NCBI RefSeq assembly: GCF_001194135.2
Contig: NC_068981.1
Span: 42,202,942-42,243,386, forward strand
Origin: Octopus bimaculoides
Lineage: Eukaryota
Length of the DNA stretch: 40,445 nucleotides
Direction: 5' to 3'
Of this stretch, positions 1 to 12,497 are shown piece after piece. The stretch's first letter is position 1; each line of letters opens with the position of its first letter. The position numbers were made by a program, and so were the translations under genes. The notes under the pieces were generated by a model. That model was given only the letters and a program-made list of their open reading frames with translations. It did no database searches and was not told the origin of the DNA.

Positions 1-308
1 TAACTCGAATGTGGAATCTAAAAACAGAAACAATTCCTATCATAGTAGGTGCCTTAGGTATAATAAAAAAATATTCAGACAAATACATAACAAAAACACC
101 AGGACTTACAAATATATATAACATACAGAAATTTGCACTACTGGGTACTGCACACATTCTACGCAAAACACTTTCAATGCAGTAAACATAAGAGCACCAC
201 AGCAAACCACAGCACATACCCAAGGCGCACAGAGCTGCGCTCGGTAGTGAAGTGAAAGCACGTTATAAAAATAAAACTACTGAACAATAATAATAATAAT
301 AATAATAA
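1..308 (+). mobile_element. 3' end of R4/Dong-clade non-LTR retrotransposon (endonuclease C-terminus, 3' UTR, (AAT)n tail)
   Basis: Frame 3..185 reads TRMWNLKTETIPIIVGALGIIKK...NIQKFALLGTAHILRKTL*, the typical C-terminal IPIIVGALG / LGTAHILR motifs of restriction-like-endonuclease LINEs. About 100 bp of UTR follows, then (AAT)n at 286-308. Confidence 0.88.
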
Positions 309-319
309 CAAGAACAAGA

Positions 320-2063
320 ACAATTGAAATGTCTGGAGTAACAAATGCATGAAAAGCCTTATGTGGAACACTATGAAATGTTGAAGAACTGAATTGACAG
401 CAGGGAATCAGGTATTAGGAGAGTTGAAAACCAAGAGAGGAATCTTCCAGGGGGACAGTGTGTCTCTATTGATCCTTGTGATGGGAATGATCCCCTTGAG
501 TGAAATACTACAGAAGACGAAATTGGGGTATGATCTGGGAAGTGATAAGAGAAAAGTGAACCACATTCTATCTACGGACGACTTGAAGTTGTTTACAAAA
601 AGTGAGGCAGAACTGGACAGCCTAATCCACTCTGTGCAGATTTTCTCTAATGATATTAAGATGGAGTTTGGGCTCTCAAAATGTGCTACGACGGTGACGA
701 GACGAGGAAAGCTTGCCAAAACAGAAGGCATATATGGTTGCCAAGTGGTGAAATGATGAAGGCAATTGAACCTCAATCCAGTTATAAATACCTGGGAATA
801 CTTGAGACAGATGGAATTAAACACAACTATATGAAAGAAAAGACAAATAAAGAGTACCAGTCGCCGTAGTTCGGTATGGCGCTGGAATCCTGAAGTGGAA
901 TGAAGAGGAGCTAAATCAGATGGACAGGAAGACAAGAAAGCTCGTAACGATGCATGGATCCCATCATCCACGTGCAGACACTGATCGCCTATACATGAAG
1001 AGAGCAAATGGAGGAGGGGGACTGATAAGTGTAGAAGACTGCATACGTATCGAACTCGAGAGCTAAATGAGATACCTATCCCAAAGTAAGGAAACCTTGC
1101 TGGTGTCAGATGGAGAATGAGTGAGTATTGAAAGCAGAGAAAAAAGGAGGAACAAAGGAAGCACTATAAAAAGGATATGAAGAAGTATTACGCAACAAGG
1201 AACTACGCAATCAATTCCATGTAGTCACAGCAGAAGTTGCTGGAAAACATAGGAAGGGATTTGGTTGAAGAAAGGAACACTGAAAAAAGAAACTGAGAGC
1301 ACTATACTGGCAGGGTAAGACCAAACTTTGGCCAGGAACTGAAGGGTCAACCCTAGGAATGAGCAAGTGTCTCTGCTGTGCCGCATCTGTAATAGAGTGG
1401 ATGAAACTATTGCCCATAGCACGAACGAATGTCTTAGACTTGCCCAAAACCACTACAGGCTGTGGCGACACGATATGGTAGCGAAAGTGCTACACTGGAA
1501 ACTGTGATAAAAGCGGGGGCTAGAGAGCGGCAAGACATGGTATGAGCAACAAATATAGAAAGTGGGCGGAGTTGGAGACTTGTAAAATCCTCTGCGATTT
1601 TCCCAATCCAAACAGATCAGATGTTAGAGCATAACAGTCTGGACCTTGTGGTGGTCGACAAGATGCACCATATGTGCTATATAGTTGATGTGCGTGCCCC
1701 TTTGACCCTCGAACTGTCAAGAAAGAAGGCGAAAAAATAGATAAATACAACCTCCTTAAGTACGAAATAGCCCGGGTATGGAAACTGAAGAAGGTGAAGT
1801 TAGTGCCAATTATTGTTGGGTTCTTGAGAACAGTATCAGAAGGCAATAAGAGGAATATAAATGAAATTGGAATACAGTGCCCAGTAGAACTGTTACAAAA
1901 GATATTCCTCCTTGGCACGGCCAGAATAATCATGAAAGTATTGGCTAGTTTAAAAGAACATATAGCATGGTACCGTAGACTGCAGGCAGCAATCCTACTC
2001 CGCATGCAAGACTCCAGGAGATCTAACAAAACCTGAGATAAAAAGAAATAATAATAATAATAA
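320..2063 (+). mobile_element. 5'-truncated, decayed R4/Dong-clade LINE (RT C-terminal half, thumb, CCHC knuckle, REL endonuclease, (AAT)n tail)
   Basis: KRGIFQGDS and HILSTDDLKLF (YxDD equivalent), YKYLG, VRYGAGILKW...DRKTRK...HHPRADTDRLY...GGGGLISVED, CRIC...H...C knuckle near 1379, RHD, DFPIQTD, KYNLLKYEIARVW, VPIIVG, LLQKIFLLGTARI. Multiple stops and frameshifts. Tail at 2047-2063. Confidence 0.92.
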
Positions 2064-3183
2064 CACTTTTTCAGAAAGAACTTGCCGCTGTGTATCACAA
2101 TAATTTGTCGGTACAAATTCAATATTGGGATCATATTTCGGAGGAAAAAAAATTTTGTCAAGTATTATATAGATGTTCACAAATCTCTTGTAAGTTATTA
2201 AGCTTAATTATATAATGGTGGAGTTCTATTTACAGATCCATGTTTCTAAGAAGGGAATATTATCAAATAAATGAACCTGAGTATATTTATTGTTACTTAT
2301 CAAGAAACAAAATGAAAATGAAAGTCGACGGATCTGGAAGTTGGCACATTTATGTGAAACTAGTGATTTATTTTTCAGACGAGATTTTAGGAATAAACAA
2401 ATAGCCTTTTTGAGATATTGTTGCCTCTTTTTTTCTGTTAAAAAGGCATTGGTGACATTAAGAAATAGACTCCAAATTTTATTGGAAACCAACACAACAA
2501 CTACTCTCCTCTAGATTTTAATTCTAACTCTACTAATATTAATATAGCAGAATTAATCCAGCCTTTAACTGTCTCTGCTGTCTTCACTTCTCAAGTCACA
2601 ACGTGCACAGGTCTAAATGGGTTATTTATAAGTCCCTGTAGGTTTGCACAGACGCGTAGACACTCAAATTCCCCCAGACAAATATGCACTGAATATACCA
2701 ACCGACTTATTAATGCGTTTCATATAGAACAAGTTGGAAGATATCCATAAATACTTTATTGCATAAATGAAAGCTTTTAAAACATAAAACTGTCTGTAAC
2801 ACACACACACACATACAAGCACCCATCCACACACTCACAGAAACATACATATGCACATAAATACAAACACGCTATATGTATATAAAAATAAAATATAATC
2901 TCTCTCACTATATATGTATATATATATATATATATATATACATATATANNNNNNNNNNTATATATATATATATATAGGATATACACGTATATATATGTGT
3001 GTACATATATATGTATTTGTACAGACACACACGCACTAATATATCTGCATGAATGTATACGTTCGTAAAGGCGATATTATTTAATGTTTAATAATAATGT
3101 ATTTATTTAATTATTTACGTCTTTTTAACACTCAAAACAAATACTCGTAAAGTTGAAAATGAATGTGATTTTTAAATGATGTT

Positions 3184-3250
3184 ATGTATGTATGTGTATG
3201 TATGTATGTATGTATGTATGTACGTACGTATGTATGTACGTATGTATGTA
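3184..3250. repeat. (TATG)n microsatellite with TACG variants
   Basis: Direct reading. Confidence 0.95.
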
Positions 3251-4334
3251 TTATACACACATATTCATTAAAACAAATTACATTATGATGCGAGATGAAA
3301 CAAATTATTCAGTAATAGTAATAAAAGCAAAAGAAAATAACTATACAAAACAAAACTAACAACAAGCATTAACGAAACGAAAATAATCGCGAATAAATAA
3401 ATCTAAGTACATAGAAACATCAATTATTTCGAGTAAGCGAAAATATTTACACTTTGTGTCAGCAGAGGCCAATGTATAGACATATCTAAACGGTTAATGG
3501 GCCATGTTGGAGTATAAAAGTCAGCTTACTGCATAAGAAAAAGGAAATGGACATAAGTCATTATGAAAGGCCGATGGACTTTCGTAAACTATTTACTTCA
3601 CAGCATTTTAAAATGATCCATTTTCACTGATCATGCATTTCAAGAATCACTTGAATAATTGATACTTCATAATGGCAACCATTTTCTTCTAAGTGTCATA
3701 ATTCCTGGTTCGTAAAGTACTTTGACCATTTTAATTCCTTCGACCATCTCGAATAGAAATCTCTAAAGTGGTTTCTGTCAGAATTTAGATGTGCATACAA
3801 ATACCGGCATCCATCCATCCATCCATCCTTCCATCCATCCATACAGGTATATATGCATATACAGATATGTTCACATATAGACGGACAGTCATTGAGTGCA
3901 GTTGCACAGATGCATTCATAAACATTAAAACATATGGCCATTTAGAACACTTATGAAAGGACCGTATTAAAAATATATATACCTATTGACAGGAAAAATA
4001 ACGTGTAAAACTACAAAATGAAAGGGAAATTTTAGAGTAAATAGCTATTGAATTGAGTGTCGTGTAACCTACATCAAATGTATGCGCATCCAGACCATTT
4101 ATATACATAAAAGAACGTCTACATGCATGCACATAAATTAAAACACGCAACGTACGTATCATACACGCACCAGCCAAAAGAGCGAAGCCTTGGGCTCGGT
4201 TCGTTATGTGGCTTGAGCGTGGTCGCTTGGCCTGCTAAAAATAGCAGCCAAGTATCTATCAAAATCAAACACTGACGCCTTAAAAAACGCGTTAAATAAT
4301 GTAGTACTTGTTACTAAAAAAATAAGAAAAGATT

Positions 4335-4640
4335 AAAGGTAAAATCAGCCACGAATTTGAACACAGAACGCAAAAAGCCAGAATAAATGCCACTAAGTAC
4401 TTTTCGGACGCACTACTATTCTGCCAGCTCCCGGACTTGTCCTACTAAAAACATTGTTTCAAATTTTGGCTCAAGGCGAAACATTTTTTATTGAGAAGGT
4501 TTTATTCGATTACTCTGATTCTGGTACTTGTGTGGTATTTTATAGACTCTGGAAGGATGAGCAAAGTTGACCTTGGCGATTTTGGAACTCAGGACGTAAA
4601 GAGACGTAAGAAAAGCCTCTGAATATTCTGTCCGACGCTT
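4335..4640 (-). mobile_element. Two head-to-tail degenerate tRNA-derived SINEs (about 4335-4435 and 4455-4640)
   Basis: Reverse complements contain SINE heads (gagctggcagaa...), B-box-like gttcaaatt/gttccaaa and the body motif shared with copies at 21971 and 37234. Confidence 0.65.
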
Positions 4641-5059
4641 TAACAATCTGTCACCACGTTATGATTTCACTTTCTATTGTTTGTTAATTTTATCTCTTAT
4701 TCTAATCCTGCAGAGAAAGTGTCAGAAACATTTCATTATGGCCATTATGACACCACCAGCTAAACTTCAGTGCTGAATCTCACCTAACCTGATGTCATTA
4801 AGTAATTCAAGTTGACACCTTTATATTACGCTTTAAAATTATTTATAGCTATATTATAGATACTTAAAGAGTATAACCAGTCGTCACTCGCGAGTGAGTA
4901 TGACATGGTAACGTAAACCAAGTATTCAAAAATTGATCCACCTACGTATCTGGTCGCAAACAGACATCAACACTTTTTCAGCTCACTTAGCCATGAACCA
5001 GCGGTAAAACCAAAGCGTAACAGTTGGAGTGAGAGAAGACACCACCAGCACTCTGCTAG

Positions 5060-5200
5060 TACTCATTATAGCTGAAGAGTCAGAAGCCATGTGAAATGAA
5101 GTGCTTGCTGAGGACACAACGAACGCTGCCCAGTCAGAAAGTGAACCCACGACATAATTATCACGAGCAGAGAATGCCTAAAACATTTAGCTACGCACCT
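5060..5200 (-). mobile_element. Degenerate tRNA-derived SINE with CORE-like segment
   Basis: Reverse complement reads ...gggttcactttc...gttgtgtcctcagcaagcacttcatttcac..., similar to the tgtgtccttgagcaagacactt core of metazoan SINEs. Confidence 0.45.
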
Positions 5201-5427
5201 TCATTGTTCTTGATACATATGCTAATACATAGGGAGCATCTATGCGGCGGCTTGAAATTCTAGAATTAGGAACCAAATTTTCCTCCAATCATCTCTTTTG
5301 TTTTAAACATGGACACATACATAATATACTCAAGTCTACACTACGCCTGAAGATATAGATGGTAAACTCGGGAATTCTTTTCACCAAAGGGTTACACAAT
5401 ATCGACTGAATAAAAGAATACCAATGA

Positions 5428-5467
5428 TCCATCCATCCATCCATCCATCCATCCATCCATCCATCCA
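5428..5467. repeat. (CCAT)n microsatellite; a similar array lies at about 3809-3842
   Basis: Direct reading. Confidence 0.95.
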
Positions 5468-5848
5468 TACTTACGTACATGCATCATACACGTCAACATA
5501 AAGAATAAAGTTGGAAAGTTTGCGTCAAACTTCGAATAAATTCAAGTATAACAGGCATGATATAATTGTTTAGCTCATTACTGCTGCTAGGACTAGTTGC
5601 CCAAAAGATGTGAAGATTTAATTAAAATTTAGAGATACTACATTTGTGCAGAGCTACTCCAAAATCCAGAACTTCACTTAGATTATAAATCAAAATTTGT
5701 AACGTATGATAATGGCGCAATACAGCAGTGTAGTTAAAAGTTTGCTTCGCATCCATATAAAACAAGGTTCAATTCGATAATGCAAGATTTTTGGAGAACT
5801 AATTTATAAACATATGTCTCTCGCCGTCATGAATTATGTGAACCAGTG

Positions 5849-6068
5849 ATTGAATTATTGGAAACCTGTAACGAACGACGCTATTCTTCACAATTGTGCT
5901 GTAAAATAAAAATAAATAAATAAACTTCATGTTTCTCGAGCTTAATTAATATTCACTGAATACTGTGGTACTAATTATTATTTGTATTTTGAAAATGCAA
6001 TCTGTAAGTGGAACTGTTAAAAATCTGAAAATTTTTGCTACATGTTAGTATATAGAGATATACAGGTT

Positions 6069-6143
<75 letters not shown>

Positions 6144-6148
6144 CTTTA

Positions 6149-6185
<37 letters not shown>
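5849..6185 (+). repeat. Direct repeat copy 1 (about 220 bp unique plus (CTAT)n), running into an N-gap
   Basis: attgaattattggaaacctg...gatatacaggttt matches 8216-8436 with no difference I could see. Confidence 0.95.
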
Positions 6186-6802
6186 NNNNNNNNNNNNNNN
6201 NNNNNNNNNNNNNNNNNNNNNNNNNNNNNNNNNNNNNNNNNNNNNNNNNNNNNNNNNNNNNNNNNNNNNNNNNNNNNNNNNNNNNNNNNNNNNNNNNNNN
6301 NNNNNNNNNNNNNNNNNNNNNNNNNNNNNNNNNNNNNNNNNNNNNNNNNNNNNNNNNNNNNNNNNNNNNNNNNNNNNNNNNNNNNNNNNNNNNNNNNNNN
6401 NNNNNNNNNNNNNNNNNNNNNNNNNNNNNNNNNNNNNNNNNNNNNNNNNNNNNNNNNNNNNNNNNNNNNNNNNNNNNNNNNNNNNNNNNNNNNNNNNNNN
6501 NNNNNNNNNNNNNNNNNNNNNNNNNNNNNNNNNNNNNNNNNNNNNNNNNNNNNNNNNNNNNNNNNNNNNNNNNNNNNNNNNNNNNNNNNNNNNNNNNNNN
6601 NNNNNNNNNNNNNNNNNNNNNNNNNNNNNNNNNNNNNNNNNNNNNNNNNNNNNNNNNNNNNNNNNNNNNNNNNNNNNNNNNNNNNNNNNNNNNNNNNNNN
6701 NNNNNNNNNNNNNNNNNNNNNNNNNNNNNNNNNNNNNNNNNNNNNNNNNNNNNNNNNNNNNNNNNNNNNNNNNNNNNNNNNNNNNNNNNNNNNNNNNNNN
6801 NN
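6186..6802. other. Assembly gap. Other gaps: 2949-2958, 11849-12429, 14783-15484, 15730-15739, 16330-16814, 23783-24133, 24888-24952, 25741-25914, 26801-27019
   Basis: N runs, most flanked by TA/CT/CTAT/GT microsatellites. ORFs spanning them are artefacts. Confidence 0.98.
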
Positions 6803-6838
<36 letters not shown>

Positions 6839-6949
6839 ACAAAGCAGAAACAATTTGCAGTGTGTTGTAACTAACTCATTTTCATTATCTTTACTTGTTT
6901 TACTTTGACAAGGCTTATAGATTGTAGAAAAATCGATAAAAAAAAAAAG

Positions 6950-8190
6950 GTACAGTGATCTTGCCATGTGGAGTGGAAAATCCAACGTTTCCGACAGAAC
7001 TTTATCAAGGACTAATGTAAGGAAGTATATACATTTTTATCAAAATATGTTATCGGTTTCAATCGCATTAAAAAGAGGATTATTCATGCCTAAATATGGG
7101 TAACATAAATTGGAATAAATTAAATAAATCTTTCGTGATGCTAATTCACACATGCTCTTCTAAAACCCATATGATGCAAACATTTCGCTTCCTTTTGATA
7201 GTTCCTGTGTCGTGGTGGTCGTCGTAGCCACAGTTAAGAGAATGACTGTCAATAGAAGCAGAAACAGGTTTTCCATCAGTAGTAGTAGTAGCAGCAGCAG
7301 AAGGGATGTTAGTGACTGTTGCAGTTGATTTATTTTGTCAGCCTAGTCAGTGGTAGTATTTGTTTTGCAAAGATTGCTGTAACAATGGTGGTAGTTGGCT
7401 CCATTTCTCAACTACAGTTATTTAAGCGTAATTCGTATATCGTTATAAAGGCTGTTCCGCTGTTGATGTGATGTTGCTGAGTTGCGTAATCGCAAAATTA
7501 ATAAAAAAAGAAAAGCATAAATGTTGCTTGATTCTTATCTGTGTATGTTTATATGTTCACTGAGTCTTATTTGTTTGTATTTCCGTATAATAATTTGCAA
7601 TCTATGCAGTCATGTATTGTCTTACGAAGCCTCTCGCTTGTCCGATATAAATTTCTCCACATCCTGAGCGTGCTATTGCATAGATTAAGTTTTCAGAAGC
7701 ACAAGTGAAGTTATTAGTTTTATTGTGAAGAGTTGTCCTTGTCTGCAACTGATCTCTAATTTTTCTGTCAGATCAAAACATATACCACAGATGAGTTTTC
7801 CGCATTTTTGGTTTGTGTTTAGGGGATTTGGTTTTGTTTGTGGTTTATTTTCAGTGTCGGTATGGTTTGGAACATAATGTTGTGGGCGTCATTGTTTTGG
7901 GGATGGTAGGTAGAAATGTATGGTAGGACTTTCATTTCTGATATTTTCCTTTGTCTTGTTTATCTTAATTCCTGGATATTGAATTTCTTGGCTCGTTGAA
8001 TTCCATTATCGATTAAGAATGGCTGGTAATTCCTGACAAAGAGTGTTTCTTTCAGTTCTTGGTGTCTTACGTCACGGATATTTGCATCGAATGTTATTGC
8101 ACAAATACTTTTGGCCAAGTTACTAGAAACATTTACTGTGGTGTGTCTCGAAAGGCATGAATTGAATAAAAGATAATGTTTGGAGTACAG
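6950..8190 (-). mobile_element. Decayed Penelope-like element (RT thumb, Cys-rich linker, GIY-YIG endonuclease, 3' region)
   Basis: Minus strand reads SCLSRHTTVNVSSNLAKSICAI...RHQELKETL...IDNGIQRAK...LPYISTYHP, then CGKLICGIC, FTCASENLIYAIARSGCGEIYIGQ (GIY-YIG) and QIRLSEHI, at about 7430-8180. Frameshifted. Confidence 0.85.
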
Positions 8191-8215
8191 TGTGTTATAG
8201 GAAATGTCAGTCGTT

Positions 8216-8435
8216 ATTGAATTATTGGAAACCTGTAACGAACGACGCTATTCTTCACAATTGTGCTGTAAAATAAAAATAAATAAATAAACTTCATGTT
8301 TCTCGAGCTTAATTAATATTCACTGAATACTGTGGTACTAATTATTATTTGTATTTTGAAAATGCAATCTGTAAGTGGAACTGTTAAAAATCTGAAAATT
8401 TTTGCTACATGTTAGTATATAGAGATATACAGGTT

Positions 8436-8495
<60 letters not shown>
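8216..8495 (+). repeat. Direct repeat copy 2 of 5849-6185
   Basis: Same sequence at an offset of 2367 bp, ending in (CTAT)n. Confidence 0.95.
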
Positions 8496-8496
<1 letters not shown>

Positions 8497-8659
8497 GCAC
8501 ACACATATCAATATCTACACATTTATGATAAGTGAAATATGGCACCGTTGGATGTTAGCAACACACCTCATATTTTGCTGAAGATGTTTTCTGATATCAA
8601 ATTTGAAGATAATTTATAATCGCTAACAGCACAAAGAAGAGAACACGCACGCATATACT

Positions 8660-9150
8660 CAAGAGGAGCATAGATATTCATTACAGTTCCATCTCAAAGG
8701 AAAATATGAACAAAACCATCAGAAAATCGAATTAGAACTAATCTATCTGAATGTCTAGAGACTCCTAAGGGCTTAATATTTTTAAACTAGAATTATTTTA
8801 AAAATGACCTTTACATCTGTCTTTGAGAATGGCATTGTTTTCAGGAAAAAGACAATAAGTAAAAATACGATCATAATAACAAAAGTAATTCACCAGGTGG
8901 TGCTACTAAGTTAGATATGGCCTGGGCCTATACTGGCCGAGACCTATCAAAATTATCAAAGTTAATTGAAAAGAAAGTGAAAGAAGCTCTACACGATACA
9001 AAAACAATAAGATCATATGCTAAATATAGAAGAGTATGCTGCACGTTATGAACTAAGATACCACAAACATTAATGATATACTGTACTCCATGAGCAATTT
9101 TTTTAATGCAGGGAGACAACTCGACAAGATTAAAATATTAACTCAATAAA
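8660..9150 (+). pseudogene. Possible highly decayed Penelope-like GIY-YIG region
   Basis: Faint frameshifted motifs: IFITVP, KD, GVV-like and YTGR-like. Alignment by eye only. Confidence 0.25.
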
Positions 9151-9467
9151 TTAATTAACGCTTCTCAGTTTTAAATAGAATGTATTTCTTTCCAATATAC
9201 AGAAGGAGAGTTTAACCTAGTTTTGGCTTATGAAACAATAAAATCTCTCAAATAGAATCGACGCCTCTGATATACGCCTCGTATAATCTCCGAAAATAAT
9301 GAGCCAACTCAGAATTTTTATACAATTAGAAAGAATCATAAAATTATATATATGTAGTAGAAGATATATAATATACGATTCTCTGATGAGTTCTTAGAAT
9401 TTCCACACGAATTCTGCAAATTTTGCAACATTTAGACGATCGATATATATAGTAAATTATTCACTAA

Positions 9468-9493
9468 CTAGGGGGCCCGTGAATATTTCACGG
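9468..9493 (-). mobile_element. Helitron-type 3' terminus (hairpin followed by CTAG)
   Basis: Minus strand: ccgtgaa-ata-ttcacgg (7-bp stem), gcccc, CTAG, then T. This matches the canonical Helitron 3' end. The 5' end was not located. Confidence 0.55.
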
Positions 9494-9883
9494 AATTAAT
9501 GGTACACTTATTGGGTTATTTCTGAAAGCTTTATCCAAAATACACCTGAAAGTGTAGCCAGTGTTTTGTCTGTATCAAACGATAGTCGCTCATTGAAAAG
9601 TGAAGGGAATTGGAATACGATGCTTATTTTATCCACTTTATATATACACATTATATACTTTATGTACAATTTCATAGACTTAACACACAGCACTTTCCCC
9701 CTTTTTCTCTTACTCTTCGCCTTACCATCTTTTCCTCTTTCCTTTCTCTTTCTCCCCCCCTTTTCTGTCGCTCTTCGGCTTTACTTTCAACTAATCACGT
9801 GAAAGCGTTAGAGACAGGCTAAGTAACGGAGGATAAAAAAACTTAGTTAAAAAAATTACATATTTCACTCATCACCATATCTC

Positions 9884-9977
9884 CCCTATCACTCCCTCCA
9901 CTAACTCCCTTCCCCTATCTCCCCTCCCTTATCTCCCCTCCCTTATCTCCCCTTCTCCATCTCCCCAACCTTCCCCT
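9884..9977 (-). repeat. C-rich short tandem repeat (cccttatctcccct-like), G-tract-rich on the minus strand
   Basis: More than eight G3-G4 runs on the minus strand, so G-quadruplex-capable. Confidence 0.7.
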
Positions 9978-10145
9978 GGCTTACAGTGTTCTACTTGACC
10001 ACTATTGTAAATAAGGTTGTATGTTAGATGGCGCGTTTATTGCAAGTGACACACATTAACAGGAATACAATCATAAAGAAATTGCCATCGTAAATGAACA
10101 TAGTTGTAGTAGATACAAGCATCGGAATAAGCGTCCTCTATCTTG

Positions 10146-10170
10146 CACACACACACACACACACACATAA

Positions 10171-10201
<31 letters not shown>

Positions 10202-10262
10202 CGCACACACACACTAGCACACACACACACACAAATATACACACACACGCACGTACAAACAT
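10146..10262. repeat. Interrupted (AC)n microsatellite
   Basis: Direct reading. Confidence 0.95.
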
Positions 10263-11803
10263 ACACATACATATATACATATATATATCTGTGTGTGTGA
10301 GGGTTAGTGATGAAGTGCTCAGTTTCAAAGAATATTATCAAACATTTTTCTAAATTAATTGGAGGAAGTGGGTAGCATTCATGAAATTTTCAAACTCTCT
10401 AGTTAAACGAGATAGTCGCAGTTGATGTTCTGTTTGAACACATGATATAAGTTAGACAATAATTTCTCTAGAAATGGTTACCTGTGGGTAGTTGCCTACA
10501 AGGAAATCTGAGAAAAAATATCAATTTCTAGAGTGTTCATGTTTTGAAGAGGAAAGGTTGGTTAAATGCTTAGTGTTACTTACGGGGAGATTTTCGGACA
10601 AGAGAGAAGAGGCGATCTTAAACGTATATTTCAGTTTTCATCCACTAGATTATAATCAAGTTGTTGAGTACACATTCTGTTTTCATTTGGCATCAGTGCC
10701 ATATTTATTCTGTTAAACCATAGAAAAAGAAGAAAAATTTAAGAAATCATAAATGGTGATTGTCAGCCAAGTTTGCTTTTAGACATGATGTGAAGATATT
10801 GAAAGAAACACTCTGATTCAATCACTTGGTAATGTTAGACCATTTTGAAAGTCTATAAAAGTAATCTGTTTGAAATCGAAAGAACTTGAAGGGTCATTTC
10901 TGATTTCTGTCTTCTCAACTATTTTGCCAATAGCAGATAATTCGCGCCATGCATTGACTACCAACACATCGCAGGTTTATGTTTCTTCGAGAAGAATTGA
11001 TAGCAGCTCATCAGTTGCACAAGGCAGTTTTTCCTTAGAGCAATTATGTTTCATTTTACCATTTTCAAAGCTTCAACATAGTCGATCGTTGAAAGGAAGA
11101 TTCTTAACTATGGATACATAGCAAACTATGTATTCATAAGCTATTTACAACTCTGTTAGCTCAGCTGTACGCACCCCTCCTACTGTTATAGTGTGGTTGT
11201 AGCAAATATATGTTAATCAATGTGATCAGGAAGAATTTCTGTATTTATCGAACGCTTATCCAGATATTCTGATTGCATAAAGATGAATTTAGCTCACAGA
11301 AGTTCCTCCTTGACTGATCTTGCTGATAACTCAAAACTTTCGGGATGTAAATATCTGGTCAATCTTCTAGGATATTTTATCTACAATTACATTATCCAAC
11401 ATTTCCAAATTTTCCTTAGGAGAGTGGTATATGATTCTGAGGGAGAGATAGGGATGCTAATTCTATTAGGTTGAACGATCGCACATACGCTCCCAGTTGA
11501 TGGCACGCTACACTTTGTCTTACGAATGCATGCAGTGAAAGCGCACGATTTCCAGCTCTAATAGTCACGCATTATCTTCGATTAAGGAATAAAAAGCAGC
11601 TGCTTCAATCTCTATATCATTTTTCCACTGACATGATAGTCGAACCGTATAAACTGAAGGCAACAAAATAATACATTTCTTTTCTATCTATCTATCTATC
11701 TATCTATCTATGTACACATACAAACACTCGAACACACATATATATGTATGAGCATACATATATGTGTGTATTACACACACGGATATGTATATACGTATAT
11801 ATA

Positions 11804-11848
<45 letters not shown>

Positions 11849-12497
11849 NNNNNNNNNNNNNNNNNNNNNNNNNNNNNNNNNNNNNNNNNNNNNNNNNNNN
11901 NNNNNNNNNNNNNNNNNNNNNNNNNNNNNNNNNNNNNNNNNNNNNNNNNNNNNNNNNNNNNNNNNNNNNNNNNNNNNNNNNNNNNNNNNNNNNNNNNNNN
12001 NNNNNNNNNNNNNNNNNNNNNNNNNNNNNNNNNNNNNNNNNNNNNNNNNNNNNNNNNNNNNNNNNNNNNNNNNNNNNNNNNNNNNNNNNNNNNNNNNNNN
12101 NNNNNNNNNNNNNNNNNNNNNNNNNNNNNNNNNNNNNNNNNNNNNNNNNNNNNNNNNNNNNNNNNNNNNNNNNNNNNNNNNNNNNNNNNNNNNNNNNNNN
12201 NNNNNNNNNNNNNNNNNNNNNNNNNNNNNNNNNNNNNNNNNNNNNNNNNNNNNNNNNNNNNNNNNNNNNNNNNNNNNNNNNNNNNNNNNNNNNNNNNNNN
12301 NNNNNNNNNNNNNNNNNNNNNNNNNNNNNNNNNNNNNNNNNNNNNNNNNNNNNNNNNNNNNNNNNNNNNNNNNNNNNNNNNNNNNNNNNNNNNNNNNNNN
12401 NNNNNNNNNNNNNNNNNNNNNNNNNNNNNTATATATAAACCATTCCGATTATATGCAAAAATATAACATTCTGTTACGTATACATATGAGTCGAAAC

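Noticed and set aside
408-2161. Minus-strand ORFs of 199 and 213 aa
   Set aside because: Antisense shadows of the plus-strand LINE, with no protein motifs.
6042-6985. Long ORFs spanning N-gaps (also at 11.7, 14.5-15.5, 16.1, 23.6, 25.7 and 26.7 kb)
   Set aside because: Open only because of N runs and microsatellites (IYIY, THTH, SLSL peptides).
9381-9415. CTGATGA...GAAT hammerhead-like motif
   Set aside because: No stem I partner, stem II only 2 bp, and the GAAA is broken.
10430-11470. Minus-strand stretches with few stops, possibly a LINE or LRR relic
   Set aside because: No motif could be anchored; needs a profile search.
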